Shown one piece after another: positions 22,257 to 35,570 of a stretch of 64,000 nt of DNA. The stretch is from Nemertoderma westbladi. Its lineage: Eukaryota; Animalia; Xenacoelomorpha. The notes under the pieces were generated by a model. It worked only from the letters and a program-made list of their open reading frames with translations, was not told the origin of the DNA and did no database searches. Numbering within the stretch: the stretch's first letter is position 1; each line of letters begins with the position of its first letter. Location: positions 17,511-81,510 of the forward strand of contig JAUCBJ010006812.1 of NCBI GenBank assembly GCA_032718475.1, written 5' to 3'. The position numbers and the translations under genes are program-made.

Positions 22257-25120
22257 ATTCCATTACATTTAGAAACTATTTGAAATTATTATAAGCAATT
22301 CACACCCTATACGGGAGTCAAACACCCTATATGGGACAAAAACAACCTATTTGGGACAAATTGAAATTAAAGCTATGGTAGTGAATTCTATATTCTTTTG
22401 AGTATTCCATGAGATTTAGAAACCATTTAAAATCATTATAAGCAATTTACACCCTATATGGGACTCAAACACCCTATATGGGACAAAAACAACCTATTTG
22501 GGACAAATTGAAATTAAAGCTATGGTAGTGAATTCTATATTCTTTTGAGTATTCCATGAGGTTTAGAAACTATTTAAAATCATTTTGAGAAAGTCACACG
22601 CTATTTGGGACACAAACACCCTATATGGGACAAAAACAACCTATTTGGGACAAATTGAAATTAAAGCTATGGTAGTGAATTCTAAAGTCTTTTGAGTATT
22701 CCATTACATTTTGAAACTATTTGAAATGATTATAAGCACTTCATACCCTATATGGGACACAAACACCCTATACGGGACACAAACACCCTATATGGGACAC
22801 AAACAACCTATTTGGGACAAATTTAAATTAAAGTTACGATAGTGGATTCTATTTTCTTTTTAGTATTTCCATGATATTTATAAACTATGTAAAATCATTT
22901 TGAGGAAGTCACACGCTATTTGACACAAAAAAACACCCTATATGGGACGAAAACAACCTATTTGGGACAAATTGAAATTAAAGCTATGGTAGTGAATTCT
23001 ATATTCTTTTGAGTATTCCATTACATTTCGAAACTATTTGAAATCATTATAAGCACTTCACACCCTATACGGGACACAAACACCCTATACGGGACACGAA
23101 CACCCTATATGGGACACAAACAACCTATTTGGGACAAATTTAAATTAAAGTTATGATAGTGGATTCTATTTTCTTTTGAGTATTTCCATTATATTTATAA
23201 ACTATGTAAAATCATTTTGAGGAAGTCACACGCTATTTGGCACATAAACACCCGATATGGGATGAAAACAACCTATTTGGGACAAATTGAAATTAAAGCT
23301 ATGGTTGTGAATTTTATATTCTTTTGAGTATTCCATTACATTTAGAAACTATTTAAAATCATTATAAGCAATTCACACCCTATACGGGAGTCAAACACCC
23401 TATGGGACAAAAACAACCTATTTGGGACAAATTGAAATTAAAGCTATGGTAGTGAATTCTATATTCTTTTGAGTATTCCATGAGATTTAGAAACTATTTA
23501 AAATCATTATAAGCACTTCACACCCTATACGGGACACAAAAACCCTATTTGGGACACAAAAACCCTATTTGGGACACAAGCAACCTATTTGGGACAAATT
23601 TAAATTAAAGCAATGATAGTGAATTATATTTTATTTTGAGTATTCCATTATATTTATAAACTATGTAAAATCATTTTGAGAAAGTCACACGCTATTTGGC
23701 ACACAAACACCCTATATGGGACAAAAACAACCTATTTGGGACAAATTTAAATTAAAGCTATGATAGTGAATTCTATATTCTTTTGAGTATTCCATGAGAT
23801 TTAGAAACTATTTAAAATCATTTTAAGAAAGTCACACGCTATTTGGGACACAAACACCCTATATGGGACACAAACAACCTATTTGGGACAGATTTAAATG
23901 AAAGCTATGATAGTGAATTCTATATTATTTTGAGTATTCCATTACATTTCGAAACTATTTGAAATCATTATAAGCACTTCACACCCTATACGGGACACAA
24001 ACACCCTATTTGGGACACAAGCAACCTATTTGGGACAAATTTAAATTAAAGCTATGATAGTGAATTATATTTTATTTTGAGTATTCCATTATATTTATAA
24101 ACTATGTAAAATCATTTTGAGAAAGTCATACGCTATTTGGCACACAAACCCCCTAAATGGGACAAAAACAACCTATTTGGGACAAATTTAAATTAAAGCT
24201 ATGATAGTGAATTATATTTTCTTTTGAGTATTCCATAATATTTATAAACTATGTAAAATCATTTTGAGAAAATGACACGCAATTTGGGACACAAATTCCC
24301 TATATGGGACACAAACACCCTATATGGGACATAAACAACCTAGTTGGGACAAATTTAAATTAAAGCTATGATAGTGAATTCTATAGTCTTTTGAGTATTC
24401 CATTACATTTCGAAACTATTTGAAATGATTATAAGCACTTCATACCCTATATGGGACACAAACACCCTATACGGGACACAAACACCCTATATGGGACACA
24501 AACAACCTATTTGGGACAAATTTAAATTAAAGTTATGATAGTGGATTCTATTTTCTTTTGAATATTCCATTATATTTATAAACTATGTAAAATCATTTTG
24601 AGAAAGTCATACGCTATTTGGCACACTAACACCCTATATGGGACAAAAACAACCTATTTGGGACAAATTTAAATTAAAGCTATGATAGTGAATTCTATTT
24701 TCTTTTGAGTATTCCATTATATTTATAAACTATGTAAAATCATTTTGATTGAGAAAGTGACACACAATTTGGGGATACAAACACCCTATATGGGACACAA
24801 ACACCCTATATGGGACATAAACAACCTATTTGGGACAGATTTAAATTAAAGCTATGATAGTGAATTCTATTTTCTTTTGAGTATTTCCATTATATTTATA
24901 AACTATGTAAAATCATTTTGAGAATGTTACATGCTATTTGGGACAAAAACTCCATGTATGGGACATAAACACCCTATATGGGACATACACAACCTATTTG
25001 GGACAAATTGGAATTAAAGCTATGATTATGAAGTCGAGTTTTCGGTATTCCTTTACATTTATAAACTATTTTAAATAATTTTGATAAAGCTACAGGCTAT
25101 TTTGGACAAAATCAACCTAT
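22257..25120 (-). repeat. Inverted satellite array in the right foldback arm
   Basis: Reverse-complement units (ccctatatgggacacaaacaacctatttgggacaaatt). Confidence 0.9.
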
Positions 25121-26275
25121 ACGTGACACTAACAACCTATTTGAGTCAAATTTTAGACTTATGAAGGACTATTTGGGATGAGTTGAGTCTGGGGGAGGAG
25201 GTTGCGATATCACTAATTTGATTTTCATTTAATTATTATTATACGAATGTATTTAGATTTATTATAAGTGAATAAATTGCACCACATGAATAAATTGCAC
25301 AATGAATAAGTTGCACAACATGAATAAATTGCACAATATGAATAAATTGCACAACATGAAATGAAATAACGTGACTATGATGACCCTATAGCCTATAATG
25401 CATCACAGTCTTACAAGCCATTTGCAAGGCACCCACAGTATATCTTTAACCATAACTTGGGAACATGTATTCCAAATGCCCTTATTTAGAATGGGAATTT
25501 CCACTGTACATATACCTCAACCAGCTCTTGTCCCAAATACGTTGCTTGGTCCAGTATAGGTTGTTATAATGAGCCCCGGATTCGTAGCTGACACTTTGGA
25601 TTATATATCAGTGCGAGTATCAGTTTCCATTAACCTTTACATTATATAGCCAATAAGGGAGATGCCTAACTGTAGGAATGTTGGTATTGGTCCGATGACG
25701 AGGAGTTGGCTCATATGATGATTTGATTGGATGCCCCTATATTGGACAGGTTGGAAATCATTAGGCAACGTATTTGGGACAGGTAGGACTAATAGAAAGC
25801 CCCATAGAAGTGAAGGGAAACACCCTATTCTGGACAATGATGTAGATACTATTGGATGAATGACTGCCGTTTCTGGTCAAAGGGCTGAAATGCCTTGTTT
25901 ACGCAGGTTCCGGTTCGAAAAAGTCGAAATGGGTGCCCTACTGCCCTACGTCAGTACGTCATGTCCTACTGTCCTAATCAATCACAAATCAGATAGGCCT
26001 AGTGCAGTAGGCAGTAGGGTCGGGCTAATGCAGTAATGTCAGATTGCCGAAATACAACCTCAATAAAAAACGGAGATACGGATAGGCCTATAATCTTGTC
26101 TGCTTGTGAACTGTACAGGTAGGCCCTAACCTTCAACCTTGAGCGATCATGGGCATGAAGTATTGAAGATCGAACGTTTCATTACAGCATTACACTGCAT
26201 TAGATCAGATACAGGTACTAACAACGGCAACGAACCGAGAAAACTTCACGTCTGGATAAACTGAATTATCTGATC

Positions 26276-29200
26276 ATGGCTGCGGCTTCCGATACCGAGG
26301 TGAATTTACCATCGTCATCCGCGACAACAACAACGGATGCGTGTGTTGGAACTGAACGGGATCCCGGGGCTGCTGATGTGTTGCTCAATGAGTTACTTAA
26401 CTTAATGAACCGGGATGATGTTATGGCGATTATAGCTGCACAACATTCAACGTAAGTTTGCAAATCTTTTTTTCTGTTCTTTCATCATTCATTCATCTGT
26501 ACTTTATGAACCCCATTTATATAATCTCGAATACAGTAGGCCTATAACGTTTCCAATGGTTTAATAAACCAAGGTAAGGTAAATTATATTTTTCAACTTG
26601 TGCTTTCCATGGCCATTTTCTGAAATTGCGCAGATAGGATTATTAGTGTACTATGCATGCATATCTGTCTGTAAGGTTCAAAATACATTCGGCCAACGTA
26701 AGTTGCCACCGGGCGCCGCTTTGTCTTGTCAAAAATATCACTGCAACCTGTGCTATTAGCTCTGGTTTATTTTTTTGGTTAGAATAACGTGCCACTGTAA
26801 CCTGCTCCTTTCCCTTAATCTACCTTTTCGAACCTTGGTCCCATTTGGACCTTCATCTCGGAACCCTCGAGCATAATTCGTTACTATGCGTCCGATAGTC
26901 AGTAATATCGGTGTAGTACTGGTCGTGGTCCGGTAGTATGTATTCTTATCAAGCTTAATATATGAAAGAGAGAGCGTGCCTGTCAGATAATAAAGGAGTA
27001 ATTGTATTTTCCAATTTCGTTAGATTGGAACAGCTGGAACGCAGCAACGCTACTCTAACTCAGTGCATGCGGCTGAGCGCCACGCAATACAACAAACGCG
27101 TTTCTGAGATGACGTCACACGTTGCCATGCTCAAGGATATGAAAAAAACGTTGGATAATGTATTCAGACGAATCAATCAACTTAAGAAAGATGTTGCTGT
27201 ACAGTTCCCTACTCAGTGGCGAACTGGTGAGTTATTGTGTGATCTGGCAGGGAGGCGGGTGATTGACACGCATTTAAAACATAAACCTATCCCGCCATTA
27301 TTGGAAAGTGTTTATTTATATAAATATATCAACTATCAAGTATAAACCTCATTTATTGGAATTTAACTATATATAACTTCCAACCTCTAGTAAGGGTAAG
27401 GCGATGTATTGGCTTCTATTGAGGTTTCCACGATTTAGCATGTTTTAGTACACAGGTTATGGGGTGACGTAGCCTGGACTACTGTTGAGAACTGAATCAA
27501 TTTTGACTAATTTCAGTTACAGTTTCAGTATTACAAAATGTAACATTTCAGTTACAGTATTTATCCTGATAAAATTTATTTTAGATTCAATATTATATTA
27601 TCCCACATAGTAAGCTTTCATTGAAATAATGTCAGTCTCATCGGGCGGGGTGCAATTGGGCCTTTGCCCAATGAGTCACTTGCCCAACTTCATTACGAAA
27701 CTGCCTCTTTATAGAGATTTATTATAGGAAGTTGTTGTAGGAAATATGGGTAATTATTGTTATGGTGATATATAACCATATGCTGGCGATCTTCGTTCAC
27801 TACTTAATTTGCCAAATAAATCACAGTTGGGCTAAGTGGACAATGGGTCTTTGGGCCACTTGACTAATATGGTGGCCCATTACTATCAAGATCCAAAACT
27901 ATAATAATAAACAAAAATAAAAAATACATTGTTTTAAAAATAGGGTTTAAAAAAACACTTGGGTTGTTTTAAACACATGTTTCGAAACACTGTTTTTTTT
28001 GTTTTTTTACGGATAAAAAACAGTGTTTTTTTAAACAAAGACTGCATAAACAATATGAGCTATAAATGCATGGTATACCTATAATTCACACCACTACTCC
28101 CATATACTGCATATTTAGTAATACAATGATATGGCACCTATGTACTTACACGATAGAGTAATTTCTAGAACCGATAAGTATAATTTCTTAGGGCACGTCA
28201 TTCATGAAAGTAGAGATGATGATTACGATATCAAGAATGTAACTAGAGGCTTATATGCACGTGCAAATACATTATGTAGGAAATTTGGTAACTGTACGAA
28301 CTCCGTGAAACTTACACTTTTTAGGTCATATATCACTCCACTATATTGTAATGCTTTATGGTCGTCTTTGAATTATTCTGAGTTTGTGTATAATCGACTG
28401 AAGGTTGCTTATAATTCGGCTGCACGTATATTTTTCAAGTTACCTTTCCGTGCTAGTATGTCTTTATTTTTTGGTACCAATAATTTACCTTGCTTCATTC
28501 ATATTCGATATTGTTCCATACAAAGTTTATACAATAGGGTAAACAAGACTAATAACAATATTGTATTAATGGTTAATATGTGCACATTGCGTAGTTCCAG
28601 AATATGGCTGAATCGATTTGGGGTAGGAGATTAATTAATTAAATACATTTATATTACATCTACATCTACATTGTGCTACTTAATTTACGTGGGTATGTAT
28701 TATGGTTTGATTCTATTTATGAACCGGATTAAATAAATATAATAATAATAAAAACAGTAATAGGCCGAAGCTTTCAGTTGAGCGGGTGAACTGAACAGCC
28801 GCCAGCTCTTCATGCACTCCAAGGCACGGAACCAACAGGCTCTTCGCTCATCGTGTAAACCAGTTGATGTTGATTTCATTCAGTCGCTGCCTGGAGTCAA
28901 CTGCAGCTGCTAAGGCGAGGGAAAGTGAGGCTGTGGCCTACTGCGGCACTGCGGCACTGCTTCTGAGTGGCTTCCTGAACAGTCCGAGTACTGTGTTAAG
29001 ATTGACGAGGATGGGAATGACAGTGACTGGACTGATTGTGGCTATGTTTTTGTGCAGTTTGATATTACTGTCAGTACGGTAGTGTGAGTGTTGCTGTTGC
29101 TGTTGGTGTCGGGGTAGGTCATTGTACAATAAATTGTAAAATAAAATATTAAATATCATAATATAAATATTAAATATTGTATAACATTTATTTAATAGGC

Positions 29201-30999
29201 TTACTGTAGGCCTTAAAAATACGAGATACTAATATTGAAGCAACAGCTTAAAAAAAACATAAAAAATATAAATCGTATCATTACAATTCGTATAGTTTAT
29301 TCAATAATTGTTGCGCCGTTTGGGCCAAAATTTTGTTGGTTTAATGAAACAGAATGTATTGGTTATTTTATTTTGTTTTATGTTGTTTGTTTATTTTATT
29401 TTAATTTAATTTTGTTTTCGCCTTTTGGGCCAAAATTAAGATAAGAAGAAGTAAATTTTAAATATACCGGCATCGGTTACTCTGTCTGACCTGACAGTTT
29501 ATCGGCAATTCATTTCACTTTACTGGTCTATCTGTCTAGGTCAACGCCTAGTACTGTTGTAGGCTTTATAGTCCACTACTATATCTGTGAAAAATATACG
29601 GAATTTCCAAATATTAATTAACTTTAACTAGCTTCATCAAATTAACTTTCCTTTTCTTAGTAAACAAAATGATTTAAAGAGAAGGCGTTCAGTATCTTAT
29701 GTTAATTCTTATATAAATTAAATACAAATATATTATAATAATTAGAAGTAATATTGGAAATACGAATAATCGTTTTAAATTAGTATCAATTAAAATTAGT
29801 TATTTATTTAGCTTTCAGTATAATTATTTATTGGGTTACTATTTTATTCTAACTAGCATACAATAGAATCAAACATCTTCACACTGGCGGGGGTCATTGT
29901 ATGAAAATAGTGAAGGAATTCCTTCATTGTTTTCTCTAAATTTAATTAAAAGAAAGAGCTTTTTAACTTTTCTTTTATATAGTTTTTTAATTAATATTTC
30001 TTAATTACAGCTGTTGAAGTTTGTGATGTAGATGACCGTCCAGATGTGGTGGAAGAGTTTGCCCCGCCCACGATTTCGTCAACAACTACCGACACGTTTT
30101 CTAGTGGCATTGAAAGCAATTCGTCGTCTACCGCTAGTCGGCCTCCGCTGGTCGCAGATAAAACATCGGCCGATTCTGGAATATCAGATACAACGAAAGG
30201 ATCACTTAATATACTGTGTGGGACATCCAATGTAATGGGTGGGAACTCTATTACAACCGCGCATTCACACGGGACATCCCTTTCACCAGATGGGACATCC
30301 CATTCACCAGATGGGACATCCCATTCACCTGATGGGACATCCCATTCACCAGATGGGACATCGCATTCACCAGATGGGACATCCCATTCACCAGAGGGGA
30401 CATCCCATTCCCCAGAGGAGACATCCCATTCACCAGATGGGACATCCCATTCACCTGATGGGACATCCCATTCACCAGATGGGACATCCCATTCACCAGA
30501 TGGGACATCCCATTCACCAGATGGGTCATCACATTCACCAGAAGGGACATCCAATTCACCAGATGGGACATCCCATTCACCAGATGGGACATCCCATTCA
30601 CCTGATGGGACATCCCATTCACCAGATGGGACATCCCATTCACCAGATGGGACATCCCATTCACCAGATGGGTCATCACATTCACCAGAAGGGACATCCA
30701 ATTCACCAGATGGGACATCCCATTCACCAGATAGGACATCCCATTCACCAGATGGGACATCCCATTCACCAGATGGGACATCCTATTCACCAGATGGGAC
30801 ATCCCATTCACCAGATGGGACATCCCATTCACCAGATGGGACATCGCATTCACCAGATGGGACATCCCATTCACCAGAGGGGATATTCCATTCACCACAG
30901 GAGACATCCCTTTCACCAGATGGGACATCCCATTCACCTGATGGGACATCCCATTCACCAGATGGGACATCCCATTCACCAGATGGGACATCCCATTAA
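26276..30999 (+). CDS. KXD1: KxDL motif-containing protein 1 (BORC/BLOC-1-associated) with a C-terminal heptad-repeat tail; exons 26276-26451, 27024-27226, 30011-30999 (~455 aa)
   Basis: MNRDDVMAIIAAQ/LEQLERSNATLTQCMRLS/HVAMLKDMKKTLDNVFRRINQLK..QFP matches the KxDL domain. Donors AC|GTAAGT and G|GTGAGT and acceptors ttag|A and ttacag|CT are phase-consistent. Exon 3 is less certain than exons 1-2. Confidence 0.85.
28131..28752 (+). mobile_element. 5'-truncated non-LTR retrotransposon (RTE-X-like) ORF2 C-terminus with 3' tail, in KXD1 intron 2
   Basis: KYNFLGHVI..DDYDIK..RGLYARANTLCRKFGNC...VKLTLFRSY..LW..LKVAYN..RIFFKLP, followed by aataaa and an (aat)n tail. Confidence 0.85.
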
Positions 31000-32823
31000 C
31001 CAGATGGGACATCTCATTCACCAGATGGGACATCTCATTCACCAGATGGGACATCGCATTCACCAGATGGGACATCCCATTCACCAGAGGAGACATCCCA
31101 TTCACCAGATGGGACATCCCATTCACCTGATGGGACATCCCATTCACCAGATGGGACATCCCATTCACCAGATGGGACATCCCATTCACCAGATGGGACA
31201 TCCCATTCACCAGATCGGACATTTCATTCACCAGATGGGACATCCCATTCACCAGATGGGACATCCCATTCACTAGATGGGACATCCCATTCACCAGATC
31301 GGGCATCCCATTCACCAGATCGGGCATCCCATTCACCAGATGGGACATCCCATTCACCAGATCGGGCATTTCATTCACCAGATGGGACATCCCATTCACC
31401 AGATGGGACATCCCATTCACCAGAGGAGACATCCCATTCACCATAGGAGACATCCCATTCACCAGATGGGACATCCCATTCACCTGATGGGACATCCCAT
31501 TCACCAGATGGGACATCCCATTCACCAGATGGGACATCGCATTCACCAGATGGGACATCCCATTCACCAGAGGAGACATCCCATTCACCAGATGGGACAT
31601 CGCATTCACCAGATGGGACATCCCATTCACCAGAGGAGACATCCCATTCACCAGATTAGACATCGCATTCACCAGATGGGACATCGCATTCACCAGATGG
31701 GACATCCCATTCACCAGAGGGGACATTCCATTCACCAGATGGGACATCCCATTCACCAGATGGGACATCCCATTAACCAGATGGGACATCCCATTAACCA
31801 GATGGGACATCCCATTCACCAGATGGGACATCGCATTCACCAGATGGGACATCCCATTCACCAGAGGAGACATCCCATTCACCAGATAGGACATCCCATT
31901 TACCAGATGGGACATCTCATTCACCAGATGGGACATCCCATTCACCAGATGGGACATCCCATTCACCAGATGGGACATCCCATTCACCAGATGGAACGTC
32001 CCATTCACCAGATGGGACATCCCATTCACCAGATGGGACATCCCATTCACCAGATGGGACATCCCATTCACCAGATGGGACATCCCATTCACCAGATGGG
32101 ACATCGCATTCACCAGATGGGACATCCTATTCACCAGATGGGACATCCCATTCACCAGATGGGACATCGCATTCACCCGATGGGACATCCCATTCACCAG
32201 AGGGGACATTCCATTCACCAGAGGAGACATCCCATTCACCAGATGGGACATCCCATTCACCTGATGGCACATCCCATTCACCAGATGGTACATCCCATTA
32301 ACCAGATGGGACATCCCATTTACCAGATGGGACATCGCATTCACCAGATGGGACATCCCATTCACCAGAGGAGACATCCCATTCACCAGATGGGACATCC
32401 CATTCACCTGATGGGACATCCCATTCACCAGATGGGACATCCCATTCACTAGATGGGACATCCCATTCACCAGATGGGACATCCCATTCACCAGATGGGA
32501 CATCCCATTCACCAGAGGGGACATCCCATTCACAAGGTGGGACATCCCATTCACCAGATCGGGCATCCCATTCACCAGGTGGGACATCCCATTTACCAGA
32601 TGGGACATCCCATTCACCAGAGGGGACATCCCATTCACCAGATGGGACATCCCATTCACCAGATGGGACATCCCATTCACCAGATGGGACATCCCATTCA
32701 CCAGATGGGACATCTCATTCACCAGATCGGACATCCCATTCACAAGGTGGGACATCCCATTCACCAGATCGGGCATCCCATTCACCAGGTGGGACATCCC
32801 ATTTACCAGATGGGACATCTCAT
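30271..32823. repeat. 21-bp minisatellite (~122 units, gggacatcccattcaccagat) spanning the KXD1 CDS end and 3' region
   Basis: Direct tandem units; each contains the internal palindrome atggga-ca-tcccat. Confidence 0.97.
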
Positions 32824-33174
32824 ATACTAGATTAATGATTAAACATTCCATCGGATTCTAAAACATTGATTTTTTTTAGTATTTATTAATTATATTGTTC
32901 ATTTGAATATTACTTACTATTAGATTACGTGATTTATTATATATTGTTTAATTTTCTTACTTATTATTATTGGCCTGTGTAATTCTCTTTGTTATGTTTA
33001 CTTTATATCATAATTTAAGGAAGCTGAGTAATATACGATAATCAATGATTCCAGGAACTAAAATTAAAAAAAAATCTAAAATTTCCGGGAACACATTAAG
33101 TGAACATTACAATTTGCATTACCAGAAAAAATAGACTTTATTCAAGGATCTTGGTGGGTATTGTGTGTAAATGA

Positions 33175-34640
33175 GAAAGCACGACGAGCACATAATGTAG
33201 TGGCAACCTCCACAGAAACCACGACGAGCACATAATGTAGTGGCAACCTCCACAGAAACCACGACGAGCACATAATGTAGTGGCAACCTCCACAGAAACC
33301 ACGACGAGCACATAATGTAGTGGCAACCTCCACAGAAACCACGACGAGCACATAATGTAGTGGCAACCTCCACAGAAACCACGTCGTGCACATAATGTAG
33401 TGGCAACCTCCACAGAAACCACGACGAGCACATAATGTAGTGGCAACCTCCACAGAAACCACGACGAGCACATAATGTAGTGGCAACCTCCACAGAAACC
33501 ACGACGAGCACATAATGTAGTGGCAACCTCCACAGAAAGCACGACGAGCACATAATGTAGTGGCAACCTCCACAGAAACAACGACGAGCACATAATGTAG
33601 TGGCAACCTCAACAGAAACCACGACGAGCACATAATGTAGTGGCAACCTCCACAGAAACCACGACGAGCACATAATGTAGTGGCAACCTCCACAGAAACC
33701 ACGACGAGCACATAATGTAGTGGCAACCTCCACAGAAACCACGACGAGCACATAATGTAGTGGCAACCTCCACAGAAACCACGACGAGCACATAATGTAG
33801 GGGCAACCTCCACAGAAACCACGACGAGCACATAATGTAGTGGCAACCTCCACAGAAACCACGACGAGCACATAATGTAGTGGCAACCTCAACAGAAACC
33901 ACGACGAGCACATAATGTAGTGGCAACCTCCACCGAAACCACGACGAGCACATAATGTAGTGGCAACCTCCACAGAAACCACGACGAGCACATAATGTAG
34001 TGGCAACCTCCACAGAAACCACGACGAGCACATAATGTAGTGGCAACCTCCACAGAAACCACGACGAGCACATAATGTAGGGGCAACCTCCACAGAAACC
34101 ACGACGAGCACATAATGTAGTGGCAACCTCCACAGAAACCACGACGAGCACATAATGTAGTGGCAACCTCCACAGAAACCACGACGAGCACATAATGTAG
34201 TGGCAACCTCCACAGAAACCACGACGAGCACATAATGTAGTGGCAACCTCCACAGAAACCACGACGAGCACATAATGTAGTGGCAACCTCCACAGAAACC
34301 ACGACGAGCAGATAATGTAGTGGCAACCTCAACAGAAACCACGACGAGCACATAATGTAGTGGCAACCTCCACCGAAACCACGACGAGCACATAATGTAG
34401 TGGCAACCTCCACAGAAACCACGACGAGCACATAATGTAGTGGCAACCTCCACAGAAACCACGACGGGAACATAACGTAGTGGCAACCTCAACAGAAACC
34501 ACGACGAGCACATAATGTAGTGGCAACCTCCACCGAAACCACGACGAGCACATAATGTAGTGGCAACCTCCACAGAAACCACGACGAGCACATAATGTAG
34601 GGGCAACCTCCACAGAAAGTACGACGAGCGCATAATGTAG
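33175..34640. repeat. 40-bp minisatellite (~36 units)
   Basis: Unit gaaaccacgacgagcacataatgtagtggcaacctccaca; nearly homogeneous. Confidence 0.97.
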
Positions 34641-35299
34641 CATTTTTAGAGGGGCCATTTTCGAGCGAAAAGGCCCCAAAACCGGCACTTTTGGGACCTT
34701 TTTTGGTATAAAATGCTCGGTAGGATTGGATGCAGAAAATGAATTGAACATATTCACAAAATTTGACATCAATAAAATCAAAATTGTTTAAGAAATAGCC
34801 ACTTTGGCAAAAAGGCCTCTTTGGCCTGTAAAGTTTAGAAACAAATTGGATTGGCCATTCCTAAACTCCCCAAACGATGTTTGATAGAACTAAATTCAAT
34901 TTTCATTATATTTTAGGCTGCGGAAACATCACAATGAAAAGTTATAATATATCATTCATGTTGGATATTGGGTAAGATATGCGACAGGGATGGTATAAAG
35001 TGATTATAAGTTGGATGAAATTAATTGCATGTATTATTAGATAACATGAAATATTTATTATAAGATAACAGATAACATGAATGTCCAACATGAAGATATG
35101 ACGCAATAGCATGTTCGAGAATCAAGGTGTGAAAAAAGTTTGCAAACATTTATGGAGTAATCCACTACAATAATCGGCCTGCTGCATTGCAGCTGCACAA
35201 TGAGATTGTTATGCCGACTCAACAATACATTTGTGCTACCATCATGCAATCTAAAATCGGTATGCTCTAAAAGCAGCTTTCATTAAGCATGCTACATCA

Positions 35300-35570
35300 G
35301 TGACCTATCCCCCGTGACCTTCGCGAGTTTACCCAGGCCAGTGTTCTTTAAGAGGCGTACCAAGAAAATCATGGACTGTCTGTCCACCATGCTTATTTTC
35401 TTGTATTTTCTTCCTTATTTTCTCGTACACAAAATTATTGTGCAAGGTGCACTGGCTGGTCCTCACGGTGAAAGCAATGGCCTGCAAAGCGCCTGCGGCT
35501 TTATTCACTTGTAAAGCTTAGGGGGACCAATGAAACACTTCCAATGCTATGTAGTGTCGGGTTGGAGATC
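35300..35570 (-). mobile_element. Degenerate RTE-clade LINE 3' fragment, paralogous to 60860-61120
   Basis: Shares cactgg.tggtcctcacgg.gaaagcaatg.cctgcaaagcg and gtccaccatgcttatt with the 60.9-kb copy (LRFAGHCF motif). Confidence 0.75.

Larger units (their letters stand above)
16994..25854. mobile_element. 8.9-kb foldback DNA transposon (possibly P/Galileo-like) with satellite-containing arms
   Basis: 8-bp TSD gatgaatg (16986-16993, 25855-25862). Termini GAGTAGTGTCTACA / CAATAGTATCTACA. ~730-bp unique outer inverted arms, then inverted tandem arrays around a ~300-bp central spacer (~21961-22256). No transposase ORF. Confidence 0.9.

Noticed and set aside
30239-32851. (MGHPIHQ)n and (MSHLVNG)n ORFs
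   Set aside because: Alternative frames of the 21-bp repeat; only the GTSHSPD frame connects to KXD1 via a phase-consistent acceptor.
33119-34781. ORFs and CRISPR-like appearance of the 40-bp array
   Set aside because: Units are contiguous with no unique spacers, there are no cas genes, and the context is eukaryotic. The same applies to the 37- and 38-bp arrays.
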